Assembly (NCBI GenBank): GCA_026770705.1
Contig: JANJGN010000007.1
Span: 96,410,001-96,474,000 of the forward strand
DNA from: Isurus oxyrinchus
Lineage: Eukaryota
Direction: 5' to 3'
DNA: 64,000 nucleotides
This document shows, in pieces, positions 11,319 to 24,719 of the stretch. Numbering within the stretch: the first letter of the stretch is position 1; each line of letters begins with the position of its first letter. Below the pieces are notes generated by a model. It worked only from the letters and a program-made list of their open reading frames with translations. It had not been told where the DNA came from and searched no databases. The position numbers and the translations under genes are program-made.

Positions 11319-13051
11319 CGGCCTTCGATCGGTCTTCGTATGCTCCTTGGATTAAGTGGAAACTCTTTGACCTGAAGCGTAGGCAACCTTCCATGTTAAC
11401 TTGAGCAGATGGACGAATACTGCATCAAACCAAGCAGCAGCTGAGAAGTAAAAAACAGGATAAGTCCTGAGCCCATCCTCCTTCCAAGACGTGACTCGGC
11501 CCCTGGGAGGCTGCACTAGCTGAACAACAGTTTCCAGCACTAGGCGGTGACTTCTGATCAGTCACATAGAATCAGGGGAGTTCATTTCTCAACTCGGTTG
11601 CCATAATGCCTTTCCCTCAAGAAATCTGTTCTTTCGGCAGGAGAAGTTTTCACTGTCTCAATAGGCAGAGTGTTTGTGATAATATGCGAACAATCACATT
11701 GTCCAACTCCGCTGCCGTGGTGATCCAGCCATTGACTGTCCTAAGCAGCTTCAAGGAGTAAAACTCTGCCCACAGATAGCCTGTAAGTGCCAACACTCAC
11801 TCTGGCCTGATTGAAAAGGGATCTAACGCAACACTAGCAGAGGGGCGCTACCACCAGCCAAAAGCTTCTGAAAGATGGAAGGTTAATAAGACCATCATTG
11901 TTTGTAGTACACACTGTGGCCAGAGCAGGCCGGCGGCAAAGGGAGTGGATGAGTTGGATGATTGGTGGATGAGTTGCTAATTGAAGGGAATATAACTTCA
12001 TGAATATTGTTAAACCTCTGAGGGTTGTTACAGCTGCAGCTATCCGGGCAACTACAATTATTCCATGGCACTCCTTCCCAATGTTTTGCTGGTGTTGAAG
12101 AAGCTTTAGGGAATCAGGGCACCAGATATTCGCTGCCGGATACTGTCTGCAGTGAAACTCTCGGCGATGCCAAGGCCATGGCGGCTATGTCTCTTCGGTT
12201 AGAGTTGATCACGGCCTGGCATTTGTGTTGCGGAAACGTCCTCAGGCTGCAGGTCTTCCTGCAATCTGGCAAGGGCTGCATGATTAGCTCGGTAAACGTT
12301 ATTGGAATGGAATATTGTGCAACTATTAGCCCTCCACAGCATCCCCGCTCCCCTCCCCGCCAACCCCTTTCAGATCTCGTTGTGTAATAAGGTCACGCTT
12401 AAAGAACACTTTACCTGAGCAACTGCCTTAGCGATGACCCGGAGTTGCAATGAATATCCTCCAAAATGACAATTATATTGTTTTTTTTGTCTGTTGTGAT
12501 TCCAAAGATTCGAATGGCTTTTCCCTTGCGCCCACTGAGTTCAGTTTCTGTCAGAGCCCCATGTCGCCACACTACTCGAAAACACCACCAAACCTTGCCT
12601 TTTCCGGACATTACCGCCGGCCATTTTATTGCCGGACTCCACGACTGTTTGAGGAGATGCTCAGACATTGTTCCACTCGCGCCATTAAAGGCAACCAGTT
12701 CCTCTTAAATGGGAGTTGCCGCAACAAAATGAAATGTTTCTGAATAAAGACATGGCTCCAAGCCCATCTCATTACAACCCCCAGATTCTCTGGTGCCGTT
12801 TACAAAGACCTGGTGCAGCTGCTGCGCAGCAGGCAGGCAGGAGCTGTGTTCTCCCCTGTGAGGTGCAATCCCTTCAGGCAACACGCTGTCTGTCAGTGGG
12901 AGGTTAATGCCAGTGGTTTAGTTCCTAAGACTGGCTGCAAAACCGCAAAGTGTTCACTGACCCCACCAGAGCTCTCAATATCAGAACCTCCGCCACCAAC
13001 AACAAAAATGATTGTTTACATCTGTTAACGCTATAAAGCGAACCTGATATC

Positions 13052-13390
13052 AACATACGAAATGGAGTAGAAGTAGGCCATTCGGCCCCTCGAGCCTGCT
13101 GCGCCATTCAATAAGATCATGGCTGATCTGTTTGTGTTTCAAATTCCACATTCTCATCTACCCCCGATAACCTTTGATTCCCTTGCTGAACAAGAAACTA
13201 TCTACCTCTGCCTTAAAAATATTCAATGACCCTGCCTCCACCGTCTTCTCAGGCAGAGAGTTCCAATGACCCACAGCCATTTGGGAGAATGAAATTTACC
13301 TCATCTCTGTCCGACAAGGGAAACCCCTCTTTTTAAAGCAGCACCCCCTGGTTCTGAGATCACTCACAAGAGGAACATCCTTTCCACATT
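13052..13390 (-). mobile_element. CR1 LINE 3' end
   Basis: gtaggccattcggcccctcgagcctg...catggctgatc 3'UTR signature, also seen at 41790, 47720, 54720 and 63510. Confidence 0.7.
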
Positions 13391-13399
13391 CTGCACGCA

Positions 13400-13920
13400 A
13401 AATTCGACAATGAACCACGTAAGATAATACCGTGGATGACCAAAAACTTCGTTGGAAAGTTAGACTTCAAGAAGTGCCTTCAAAGAGGAGCCCATGGTAG
13501 AGAGGTGGGCCTATTCAGTTAGCGACGTCCAAAGATTGCGACTATGGCAACTGAAGGCACGGCCACCAATGTTGGAGCGATTACAATCAGGAATGTTGCA
13601 GAGGCCAGAATTGGCAGAGCGCTGGTTGTCAGTCCGGAGGGTGTTGCAAAAAAAGGGGTGAAGGGGCATTTGAAAACATGGGTAATAATTTTAAAATGAC
13701 GGTGTTGTCTAACCGGAGCCAGTGGGGGCCAGTGAGTGCAGGAGTGATAGGTGAAGGGGACTAGGTAGGAGCTAGAGCATGGGGAGCAGATGACCTGAGG
13801 TTAATGGAAGGTTTAACATGCGAGTCCAACCAACAGTGCATTGAAATAGTCAGCTATGGGGGCGACCAAGGCCTGGATGGGCATTACAACAGCGGAGTGG
13901 CTGAAGCAGGAGTAGATGTT
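13400..13920 (-). mobile_element. Decayed L2-like LINE fragment
   Basis: Similar to 39540-40630 and 44365-45490. Confidence 0.5.
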
Positions 13921-14717
13921 GCTCTCTTATTCTCTGTTCACACCTCCATCACCTCCAGCCTCGCCTTTCATATTATAACCCTGCATGACTCCCTGCAAAA
14001 TGCTGACTTCTGCAATCTCTACAGCAGACTCACTCCATTGTCTTTTCCTGCTATTCCTACGTTCTGGACTTCCCAAACTCAGCGCTATTGCAAATTTCAC
14101 TTCTTGATAGCTCACCTTGAACAACATAGAAATTAATCAACTTTAACAAGGGCATTCACAGAACACTTCCCAAAGGTGTCACTAACATCTTCCTCCTGCA
14201 GGGGACGGTAGCGTACAGCACATTGCAGGAGGCTGTGACTGCAAGAAGCCGAGTCTGCCTACACATTGTGTCCCTCCTCTGTAATATTGGCAGGGACAGA
14301 ATCATGCCAGTGTTGAAATGCAGACGCTGGAGGAGGTGCCATATAGGCTTTCATCACAACTTGTTCCCATCTCCATTCTTACTTCTATTTCACATTCTAC
14401 ATGGCAATCTGAGACCGCTTTCACAACCCATTTTTCTATCTCCACTATTACTCACACTAAAAGTTAAAGTTTGTCCCTCTTGTCCATTTCAGTTGATCAA
14501 AATGTGAGAAGCCCTCTGTCACTCCAGGAGCAGGGGACCGGCCTTCCTGAAGATGCAGCATAATTAGAACTGACCTGAGCAAGCAGTAGGTCAGAGACTG
14601 CTACCATGCAAAAGTGAGAGAGAACACTCACTTACCTGAAGACAGGTAGCAAGTGTGCCGGAGCTAAACCAGGGGATCAGAGGCTAAAGGTGCCGGTTAA
14701 CCAGAGGGTGAGACCAC

Positions 14718-15380
14718 ACAACATCCTGGGGGCTACGATTGACCAGAAACTGCCCTGGACAAGCCATATAAATACTGTGGCTACAAGAGCAGGTCAGAGT
14801 CTAGGCATCCTGCCGTGAGAAACTCACCTTCTGACTTCCCAAAGCCTGTTCACATCCACAAGGCACACATGTGATGGAATACTCTTCACTTGCCTGGATG
14901 AGTGCAGCTCCCACAACACTCAAGAAGCTTGATACCGTCCAGGAGAAAGTAGCCCATTTGATTGGCACCCCATCCACAAACATTCTTTCCCTCCACCACT
15001 GACGCACAGTAGCAGCGGTGTGTATCATCTACAAGATGCTTTGCAGGAATTCAACAAGGCCCCTTCGACAGAACCTTCCAAGTCCACAACTGCTACCAAC
15101 TAGACAGAGAAGGGCGGCAGGTAGATGCGAACACCACCGCCTAGAAGTTTCCCCCCAGGTTACTCGCCATCCTCACTTAGAAATATATCACAGTTCCTTC
15201 ACTGGCACTGGGTCAAAATCCTGGAACTCCATTCCTAACAACATTGTGGGTGTACCTAAACCACATGGACTGTGCAGTTTAAGATGGCAGCTCACCTGCA
15301 CCTTCTCAAGGGTAATTAGCAAGGGGTAATAAATGCCAGCCTCGCCAGTGATGCACACATCCCATGAATGAATAAAAAAA
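14718..15380 (+). mobile_element. LINE 3' fragment (family of 51852-54590)
   Basis: gtggctacaagagcaggtcagag...gatggaatactct...cccatgaatgaataaaaaaa tail. Confidence 0.7.
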
Positions 15381-15650
15381 GTATCGCTGCACCAGGGAGC
15401 TCATATGCTGAATTCAAGGGCCTAGGCTATTGGCAACTGGCAGACACAAGGAAATGTTGGGTGCTGCAATGTGCATGCTGCCAGCGGGCTGCATAGCAAG
15501 TCTGGAAAAAAAGAGGATTTCCTCTCCAACAGGTATCACAGCTTGACGGAGAGCATCAGAGTGGTATTGGCTACATGTGAGTGGTGTATGCCATCCTCTC
15601 TCTGAATGACAGCACGGTTGTATCCCAGCCAGCCACTCCACCAACGCCAT

Positions 15651-18600
15651 TGTTAGTATATTATTGTGTTGTTGGGTTGGAGTCGTTTCAATGAATTGTC
15701 AAAGGCTGCTGGCTGCAAAACACTCTAACTTTATTGTAACATACTTACACTTATAAGAACGTTCCACACCAGCTTCTGACCATGCTGCCTCTGCTCAAGT
15801 CCCAGATCACATGAGTGTATGTTACTTCATTCCATGACAACACAGGCTGTTACAGTTAACCCTTGATAAGACTTAGCCTAAGATGCTGCAATATACTACG
15901 TCTCCCACCAAGTGTCAGTTCAGACTTCAACGTCCTGCGATGTTTCTAGAAACCCAAAGCGTCAGTCTCCTGGTCGTTCTGAACATTTCAGTTTTTTGTA
16001 GTCCTATACGAAATGTAATGACTTTTTGCTCTCTTAGGTACATGTTGTTTTTTTTCTGTCTCTCTCTTCTCTTCCATTTCTATGTTCTCTCTCTTCCAGG
16101 TTCTCATTTATCGATAAGCGATGTGGCGTCTTTACGAGTTTACTGTACTTATTATTCCTCTCATTTTCAGAGGATAAGAAGCTCTCAGTCTCCTGGATAC
16201 TGTTAAACATCATTTGAACTACGAGATGATTCGGGATCAGCTGCTTCAGTGTCTTCTTTTATTTGTGATGATTACGACCTTTCTCGTCTTTCACACTTTT
16301 ATCCAGTTGCAATCAAAGCTCTTCCGCTTTTCCTTACTGAGCCCAGTGCCGTCTGAACAATTTTAGATCACTGGTGTGGTGACTTTTCTACCACTTCTCT
16401 GATTCAACCATATCCTACGGGTTGAAGATCTAATAACCTTCTCGTCTTGTGCTGGCTTCATGGCACTTTACCTGTTTACTCCGGTATGTTTCCTCTCTAT
16501 CTTGTACTTTTTCTAAGTCTGTGTCTTTGGCCTGTGGCATCAATATACATGGATGGGTAAGAATTTATCCCCTCAACCCCCTTTCCAAGAGTAACTCACA
16601 TGGAGCCAATCCATTCTGCATGGTCGAGGGGCGGTAACTCAAAAGCGCTAGGAAATCCTCATTCTTTTCAGTAATGCCTTTACAGTTCAGACACCTCTCT
16701 CCGCTTCTCCATCAACCCCTGGAAACCTCGGCTTTGCATGATGTAAGTGGTGTGAACAAATCTACTTGATTCTGTTAGCTCTTGAAATTCTATTTTGACG
16801 AATTGTAGACCATTATCTGTTATCACAATATCAGGAATCTTATGAACTGTAAAAATGATCTTTTCATGATGTTATCACTGCCTGTGATGTGCGACCATGT
16901 AACTGTTTCACTTCAACCCACCTCGAGTAGTAATCTACTAATATTATGTACATTTTCCCTCTACGCTCCAGTAAATCCCTTTCTAGGCATACGTAGGCCT
17001 TGTAGGAAAAGAAGGTGGAATTAGTGGTTCTTTTGATCCCTGTGAATTGAACATGTGAACATCAGAATATCATTTCTTCCATGGAGTTCGAGAGACCAAA
17101 CCACCAAACTGAACACCATGCTCCGGCTCTGCACAGTGTAAGTAGTGGAGGCAATGGTGTAGTGGTATTGCAGTTGGACCAGTAATCCAGAGACCCAGGG
17201 TAATTCAATAAAAACCTGGAATTAAAAGTCTAATGATGACCATTGTCGATCATGGCCAAACTATCCGGTTCACTAATGTCCTTTCAGAGAAGGAAACCTG
17301 CTGTCCTTCTCTGGCCTGGCCTACATGTAACTCTCAAGTCCCCTCTGAAAAAGGGCAATGAGGGATGGGCAGCGATGCCCACATTCCATGAACGAATAAA
17401 AAATGATGCACAATCTCAAGTCTGAACATTCGTATGACAATTCCATCATTGTATACAGGTGTGCTTGCTACACGAAAAGTGGTCCAAATATAGAGCTGTG
17501 TGGTATATATGTTGGTCATCCTCTAATCCAAAATTGTCTGCTTACATTCCATGTCTGATTTCTGAGCCTCTCTGATTTCACTCAATCCTCATGTAGTTGG
17601 CAGTAATATATGGACTGTGATAATAACAAACTCCTCGACTTCTTCCAGAAATTCAATATCACATCTCCCTGGATTCACTTTTTCAATGCGGGATAATGTG
17701 GCTGCTGTACTGTGTTGTTTCCCTTGAACAGATACCGTATGAGAATCAAACAGCATCAATATTAATTTAAACTCCCGAACTCTTAATGGCAGAGCAGCAA
17801 CCTCTTTCAAATTCAATAGTGCGCTTAAAGGTTTTTGATCTGTTTCTAGCATAATGTGAAGTCCTAAGGCGTAGTCAACAAAGTTCTCGCATGCCTACAT
17901 TGCTGCTTCCTTTTTGATTATTACATCTCTCTTCTCTGTATCTGTTAAAGACACTGATGCATCATAAACTGTTCTGTTTCTTCCATTGTGTGTACCTGAA
18001 AACGTATTGCCCCCAAACCCACAAAGTATGTCTGCCGCGATAATTGTAGGGAACTCTAGATAATAATAATAATAACGGGCAGAATCATCCCAGATTTGCA
18101 CTAAGTGCAGTAGCAGGCTGGTAAAATGGCATTTTGCCCAACAGCCACAATGGGGAGTTTTCATGCCGTATCACTCCAAACCCACTGCATTATTTACACA
18201 TTCCCCGGAAAAACGCCATTTCGATGGCAGGCGGGCTCTCATTCACCCACCTCACCATCACTTCACTGCTTCATCATGCTGGGTGCTATATTTAAAGTCC
18301 AGATGCGCGCACACAGTAGCCAAGGGCTACTGCAGGGAAGATGCCCATGAAAGACAAAAAGACTGCAAGCCCCACGTTTAGTGGTGTGTCACTTGGAACA
18401 CATTTTGGATGATATGGAGGCCCTCCAGGATGCTCTTTGGGTGGCAAAAAAAAATATGAACTGCTAACTTCTAATACTATATCTTAAAAACTACCCCGTT
18501 CTTAAATCCCTCTCTACACGCACACACACACACACACACAAGACACATAAAACACACAAATCATGGATATTAAGGGTGGGATAAAATAGTTCAACAGCAC

Positions 18601-19733
18601 CAATCCAGAGTACAAGGTTCGATGGTTTAATTTTGATTGATGTCGTCCAACTTCTGTTCAGCTTCGGTGATGACACGAGGTCGTCCTCCAGCACTTTCCG
18701 TGTTTAGTTGGTTGAAAACTTGCATTTCAATGCCTCTAACAGTAGTTTCCCCCTTTTCCTTTTTACAGGTGTTTCCTCAGAGAGAGAACAGGTTATAAAG
18801 ATATGAGGTAAAGAGGCTCTAAATGTTTTCTCTTTGCAGGCCAGAAGCATTTTGTTGTGGAATTACTAAAACCTTCCACACACGGGGGAAAGAGGGTTTA
18901 GGTCTTGTTGCTTTCAGGCTCGGAGCTACTCTGCACAGCTCTCACACAAAACCTGGTCACCTGGTTAGGAGCCAATTTAAACGCTGTTGCCCGGCAGTTT
19001 CCTTGGCCCAGGATTCCTTTCCAGCACCATCCTGTCTTTCATGGCACACTCTGTTGCAGGACTGCAACGGTTCAAGCAGGCAGGTCACACCATCTTTTCA
19101 AGGGCAATTATGGATGGGAAATAAATGCCCGCCAGCCAGCGATACCCACATCCCATGAATAAATAAAAATTACTTGAAATAATTAATAAATGCGTTCATT
19201 AATCATTGCAGCATTGCACAATGGTGTTCTTAGGGAGATTGCAATATGTCTCCGATGCATCAATAACCTCTGTCTAAATGGCTTTATCCTCATCGATCAG
19301 CAAGATAATTAGGAAGTCATTCGCACAGCCACAGTGTGCTGACCTGCGAGAACCAATGCAATCTGAAATCAAGCGAATATCTTGTACCACTTGGCCATGA
19401 TTCAACTTAAACGAGGCTTTCGGCTGTCTCAAAACTCTACAGTAGTGTTAAAGATTTTTCTAGTGCCTTCTTTCTTTTCAGCTGTCATCATGTATTGTTC
19501 TTTGTTGGTAATATGGTAATATGAGTAGTTTCAATAAATTCTCAAAGACTGCTGGCTGCAAAACACTAACTTATTGCAACATATGTACAGATATAAGAAC
19601 ACTCGATACTAGCATCTGACCATGCTTACTCCCCTCAAATCACAGGAGTCTATGTCACTTCCTCCCATGACATCACAAGCTAGTGCAATTAACCCCTGAT
19701 GGAAATTAGTCTAACACACTCCATTATACGACA
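15651..19733 (-). mobile_element. Decayed Gypsy LTR retrotransposon with nested insertions
   Basis: Related ~245-bp LTRs at 15651-15900 and 19491-19733. PBS-like tgatgacagc follows the 5' LTR, and a PPT-like tract precedes the 3' LTR. Remnants of gag (KWYKIFA*FQIA, ~19350-19400), RNase H (ETDQKPL, 17589-17852) and integrase are present. Confidence 0.75.
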
Positions 19734-21307
19734 GTTAGTTCCACACAGCTCGCTGAATTAAGTTGATTGAAACAGATGATTACATTTGTAGCATGATACA
19801 TTACAGGAGGGGGCCATTGTTAGACCATTAATTTATTGAATGTTTGGGGAAATGCTGTGCGGAAGTAGCCAGTCTATTTCCTACGTTGCAACATTTCAGC
19901 AATACTTAATTTGCTGCACATCCCTTTGGGACCTCCTTAGGTCGGGAATGGAGCGATACAAATAATTATTTATTTTCTTTCTGGGCTCAGTTCAAGCCTC
20001 TCCTATACTGAATCAGCTGGGCCCAAAACCTTAATGCACTGGCGAATTTCCCTTTAGTTGTTGGATTTTGTAAAGGTGCACATCGAAAAGCATCACTCCT
20101 GTTCCTTATCATTGCTTTCTTACGATTGTGTAATGAGAAGGTTCATAGAGACTCTCATTTTAGTAAAATATCAGACAGGTGGTTATGGGTTGAAGACAAC
20201 ATACTGAGATGTACATGCAAGAAATACCTCCATATATATATATATAGAGAGAGAGAGAGAGGCTATGAGTGGAGTGGTCTGTGAGAGTGAGGCCCGGAAG
20301 AAGAGCGGGCAGAGGACAAGGCCCGGGAGTGGAGCGCTCAAAGGGTTTACACTTCAAATCGAAAAAAGAGAGGAGTCAGACAGTGCTCCACAAGTCAGCT
20401 ATGACACTAATTTAGTGATAATAAGAGACAGTACATTGCAAATAAAAGGAATCCGGTAGCAAGTAGCAATAGATAAATGGCATTTTCCCTTTATTTTTCG
20501 GCCTTATGCAACGTATTATTTTTCTCCCGGTCCGATTATCAACCTATATTGTTTACCACGTAATCTAGTTTCGTTCAAATGTAATGAAACGGCTTGTTAC
20601 GCTCTGCTGGCACTTCTGTTTCTGGATAATGCCGCCATGAGCATTTAATTTTTGTTTTCTAACCCTAATTCCGTTACCACATTCGCAATAAATACCTGAT
20701 ATTTAATCACATACCTGTGTCTCTGCCTGTTGTATGAGCTTCAACTCCCCATTCTTCTCCTACACAACGTCTTTCCGTTTACTGAAATGGTTTTAGGTTC
20801 AAATTTCCCATTTCTCCAGTTTTCATAATTCTCATAATGTATCCGGTTTCCTCTGCTAAACTCAATAATCTTAACAGGTCATCATTTTTACCTTATGCTA
20901 CTTCCAGTTGTTCCCTTTATTTCCCACGTTATTTCTTTAGGTGTTTATTAGTAACTGCTTCTAAAACATCAAACAATCCCAATTTTACTGTTTCTTTACT
21001 CAGAAATCCATCCCGAGGAGCTGAACTCATTCACTCACAGGTCGATTTTCCCGAACAAGTCACCAGCTTTCCGCAGGGCCTGCCGTACCTCATAAAACAT
21101 TTATCCTATTATTCTTTTATTAGTTCTGCCTCTTGTTTACTTCAATATGATTTCCTGAATCTACTGTCGCAATAATCAATTGAAATAGAAGATGGCTAAT
21201 CTCGTAACCCGTAGCCATGTAAACACGTTTCTCTTCCGATTGCCAATGTTAGATTTGGAACACCAGCTCATTAAAATTCATTGAATTAACAGATTGAAAA
21301 CACATCA

Positions 21308-21315
21308 GATATATG

Positions 21316-21353
<38 letters not shown>

Positions 21354-21357
21354 TAAA
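21308..21357. repeat. (TA)n microsatellite
   Basis: Read directly. Other simple repeats: (CA)n 18521-18540, (TA)n(GA)n 20232-20261, (AGAT)n/(AGAC)n 34303-34337. Confidence 0.9.
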
Positions 21358-22484
21358 ATATATTACTTGTGCATACCCCTTAGCAAAATCTAGGTGACGT
21401 GCTTGGAAACTCAACCCTGAGAAGACTGTGATCCGTGTATGTGATAACTATTACAAGGTGGCACTGTTGCACCAAACATACTTCATGACAGATTGGGGGG
21501 GACATCAGCTGGTGTGAATTTAGTATTAAAAGATTAGATGCAGACAATTCCCCAACATATTAACATCTTCCATCAAACATGTTAATCCCGATTTTAACTT
21601 TGTGCAAGTGGCTAGGTTTACAGCGAGTAAAAATGCCTCCAAAGGTAACCAGAATTATTAGTACATACATCTTCGTGATTCTTAAAGTTGCATTCCAACA
21701 TTCGGCGCCTTAGGTTTGTCCTTCAGGAACCTAAGTACTTAAGGGGAGCCACGTGTTTGCCTGTATCAAATATAAATCATTCTCATTTAACAGTAATATG
21801 GATTTTCTATTGTTAAGCTAACTATCTCATCTCAATACATTTTCTCAACACAGATTCCAAGCTCTCTGCTAAATCAGACCCAATGTATAGTGACGGTTTT
21901 TCGTTTCTCCTCCAATGTTAATGATCCCACGGTTCAAATCATTCATACCAAGCTAACTATTGTATTGTACAGGGTCTTACCCAAGTGAAACTATCTAAAT
22001 TGATGTAGGTGAGTGAAGAAGAGAGTAATGCTGTGAGAGGGTTCCATGGGCTTGGGAAAGATTAACTCAAGCCACTAGGACTGCGGAGGAACTCAAGTGG
22101 ATTTGACTCCGGCTTATTGTTCTTCATCTCGTTTTAATTGGTGGAGGGTTTTGGCTCTGCCTTGTTTCATAAAAGTGTCAAAGTGAGAAGCACTAACCAG
22201 CTCCAGAAGGACACCTATCGATGTCCAAAAACGTTGTGGCCATTGTCATACTCATTCCGATTGTATTCCCAACTTGCAAGCAAATGCAATGCAAGTAAAT
22301 TCTACATCCGTTTCACGGAACGCAAGCTACCTTTAAATGGCCTGCTTACTAAAACATTCCCTATGTCCCGAATGGACGAGCTACCAATAACCCATTTAAT
22401 AGCACTAACCTTTACCGATCATTTTCAAGTGAGATAGCAGCCCAATAACTCTCGTGTCTCTCTAACAGGTTTCCAGGCAGGTGC

Positions 22485-22551
22485 GGTTGGGGTGGGGCAT
22501 GGGGTGGGGTGGGGGGCGTTGGTGGTGGGGGTGTGGGGAGGGGGGAGGGGG
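22485..22551 (+). repeat. G-run tract
   Basis: Eight runs of 4 or more G within about 65 bp. Confidence 0.8.
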
Positions 22552-22982
22552 CGCATTACCCTATCACCCCGGTTTTGGCAGAGCAAATCTCTCTCCACAT
22601 TCTTCAGAGAGAGCCATCGCCTTTAACGTTGACCCTCCTTTGGTCTCCCATTCTACACCTTAATGCTAATATTGCCAACATAAGTACACTGATTGCAAAT
22701 TCATTATCTTCTGCCGAATCGTTTAAGCTACCCTAAGGACACTCAAGGTGCAGTATAAAGGATTGTTCTTCCTATCCAAAAGTCAGCTCAACTTCATCTT
22801 CTTCCCCATATATGCCAAGTTCTTTCCCCAACACAGTTGATTCCTTATCTTTGTGTTGTTTACCATTTCCCATTTAACCATTTGCTTCGCCTCCTTGTGT
22901 AAATGTGAATGAAAACGATGATCGTGAAATATGTTGAGTGCTTCACGAAAGCCCCAAAGATAGAAAAAGACTAACATCCCTA

Positions 22983-23153
22983 CGATAAGAGCAAAATACT
23001 GTTGATGCTGGAAATCTGAAGCAAAAACCGAAAATGCTGGAAAATCGGAGCAGGTCTAACAGCACCTGTGGAGGGAAAGAGAGAGTTAACGTTTCGAGTG
23101 TGTATGTCTCTTATTCAGGCTTCTGAGGAAGTGTCATACGGACTGGAAACGTT
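22983..23153. mobile_element. Short Penelope-terminus insertion with 16-bp TSD
   Basis: Perfect TSD aagactaacatcccta at 22967-22982 and 23154-23169. Contains CTGAGGA...GAAAC. Confidence 0.8.
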
Positions 23154-23924
23154 AAGACTAACATCCCTATCTGGTCTGTCCAAAACCCTCCAAATCTTCG
23201 AGAATGAAGTTCAACATCGACGGGGATAGAAAGAGACAGAAGTATATTGGCTGCCAGTTACACAGTCCACCTGTTTATCTTCCAATGTAAGTCAATTGAC
23301 GGTTTGGATAACGAACGGCCGTTTCACCGTAGCCGGTATTGTGTCCCTCTGCAGTGACGGTTAAAACCCTTATAATTATCAGGCAACAGCTGAATGGTCT
23401 ACATTCCAAGGATGAAAGTCTTACTTATCAAGATCCACTACAGCACAAAGCAGGATACTCCCAATGAAATTGACGGCCCACAAGGCGCCAGCCGTGTGTG
23501 CAAGGAGATGTTAATGTTCTCCAGAGAGATTCTTAGCACATCAGCCTGGGAGCAACACCTGTCAATTTGATCCAGCATCCTGTTTGATAATATTGATCAG
23601 TAGCAGTTTTGTCGTTCACCAGTGGCTACTTCACTGAGACAAGAGTCACATCGGGCTTTGAAGGTCCCCGGGAACCACAAATCTATGCACGGCACCACCC
23701 ATCCCCCTGTAGCCTGCCCAGTGGTACTGCTTAAAGTGCCATGAATTTAGGTATAAGTATTTTCCCATTACCTCTGGAAGTCGCTATCGCGTGATAAGTC
23801 ATTGTTTCATAGAATAGCGTTGATCACCAACTAAGTATTAGATTAGAGGGATTCCCACTTCGCAATCCATAGCCGAAGTGAAAAGCTGCATTTAGTGCAG
23901 CGATGATGGGGCAGAACAGTTACA

Positions 23925-24426
23925 GTTGAGGTGGTGATAAAGGCAAATGGGACAGTTGCCTTTATCAATAGAAGCATAGATTACAAAAGTAGCGGTGTCA
24001 TGTTGTGGAGTTGTATAAAACCTTAGTGAGGCCACAGCTGGTTTACTGTGTGCAGTTCTGGTCGCCACATTATAGGAAGGATGTGATTGCACTGGAGGGG
24101 GTGCAGAGGGGATTCACCAGGATGTTGCCTGGGATGAAGCATTTAAGTTATGAAGACAGGTTGGATAGATTTGGGTTATTTTTGTTGGAGCAGAGAAGAC
24201 CGAGGGGCGACCTGATCGTGGTGTACAAGATTATGAGGGGCATGGACAAGTTGGATAGGGAGCAGCTGTTCCCCTTAGTTGAAGGGTCAGTCACAAGAGG
24301 GCATAAGTTCAAGGGGAGGGGCAGGAAGTTTAGGGACAATGTGAGGAAAAACATTTTTACCCAAAGGGTGGTAACGGTGTAGAATGCACTGTCTGGGAAG
24401 GCAGTGGAGGCGGGTTACCTCACATC
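23925..24426 (+). mobile_element. CR1 LINE ORF2 C-terminal fragment
   Basis: ORF 24005..24382 LYKTLVRPQLVYCVQFWSPHYRKD...LEGVQR. Confidence 0.9.
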
Positions 24427-24719
24427 CGAGGAGGATAGGTAGTTGCTATTAGCCCCCTCCGACAGCACAGCACTGGCTTAGTACTGGAGCGTTAGCTGAA
24501 GTTTCTGAGCTCAGATCCTGGAGTGAAACTTGAAGTCAGAGCCTCCCGATTCGAAGGCAAGAACGCTACCCACTGAGCCAAGAGTGGCTGACTGTCACTT
24601 CAAGTCGAATTTAGTTTTCTGGCGTTCTGTAGCTTGTATTGTGACTTTAACTGTTCTGCCCCATCATCACTGCACCAAATGCAGCTTTGTGCTTCGGCTG
24701 TGGATTGTGAAGCGTGAGA

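Noticed and set aside
11319-11540. Upstream ORF extensions as the 5' half of gene C V domain
   Set aside because: They lack the B-strand Cys and WW motifs and show no similarity to A or B.
18620-19480. Cys-rich frame resembling a viral glycoprotein
   Set aside because: It lies directly after the LTR/PBS, and another frame matches Gypsy gag (KWxxxFxxFxIA, zinc-knuckle remnants).
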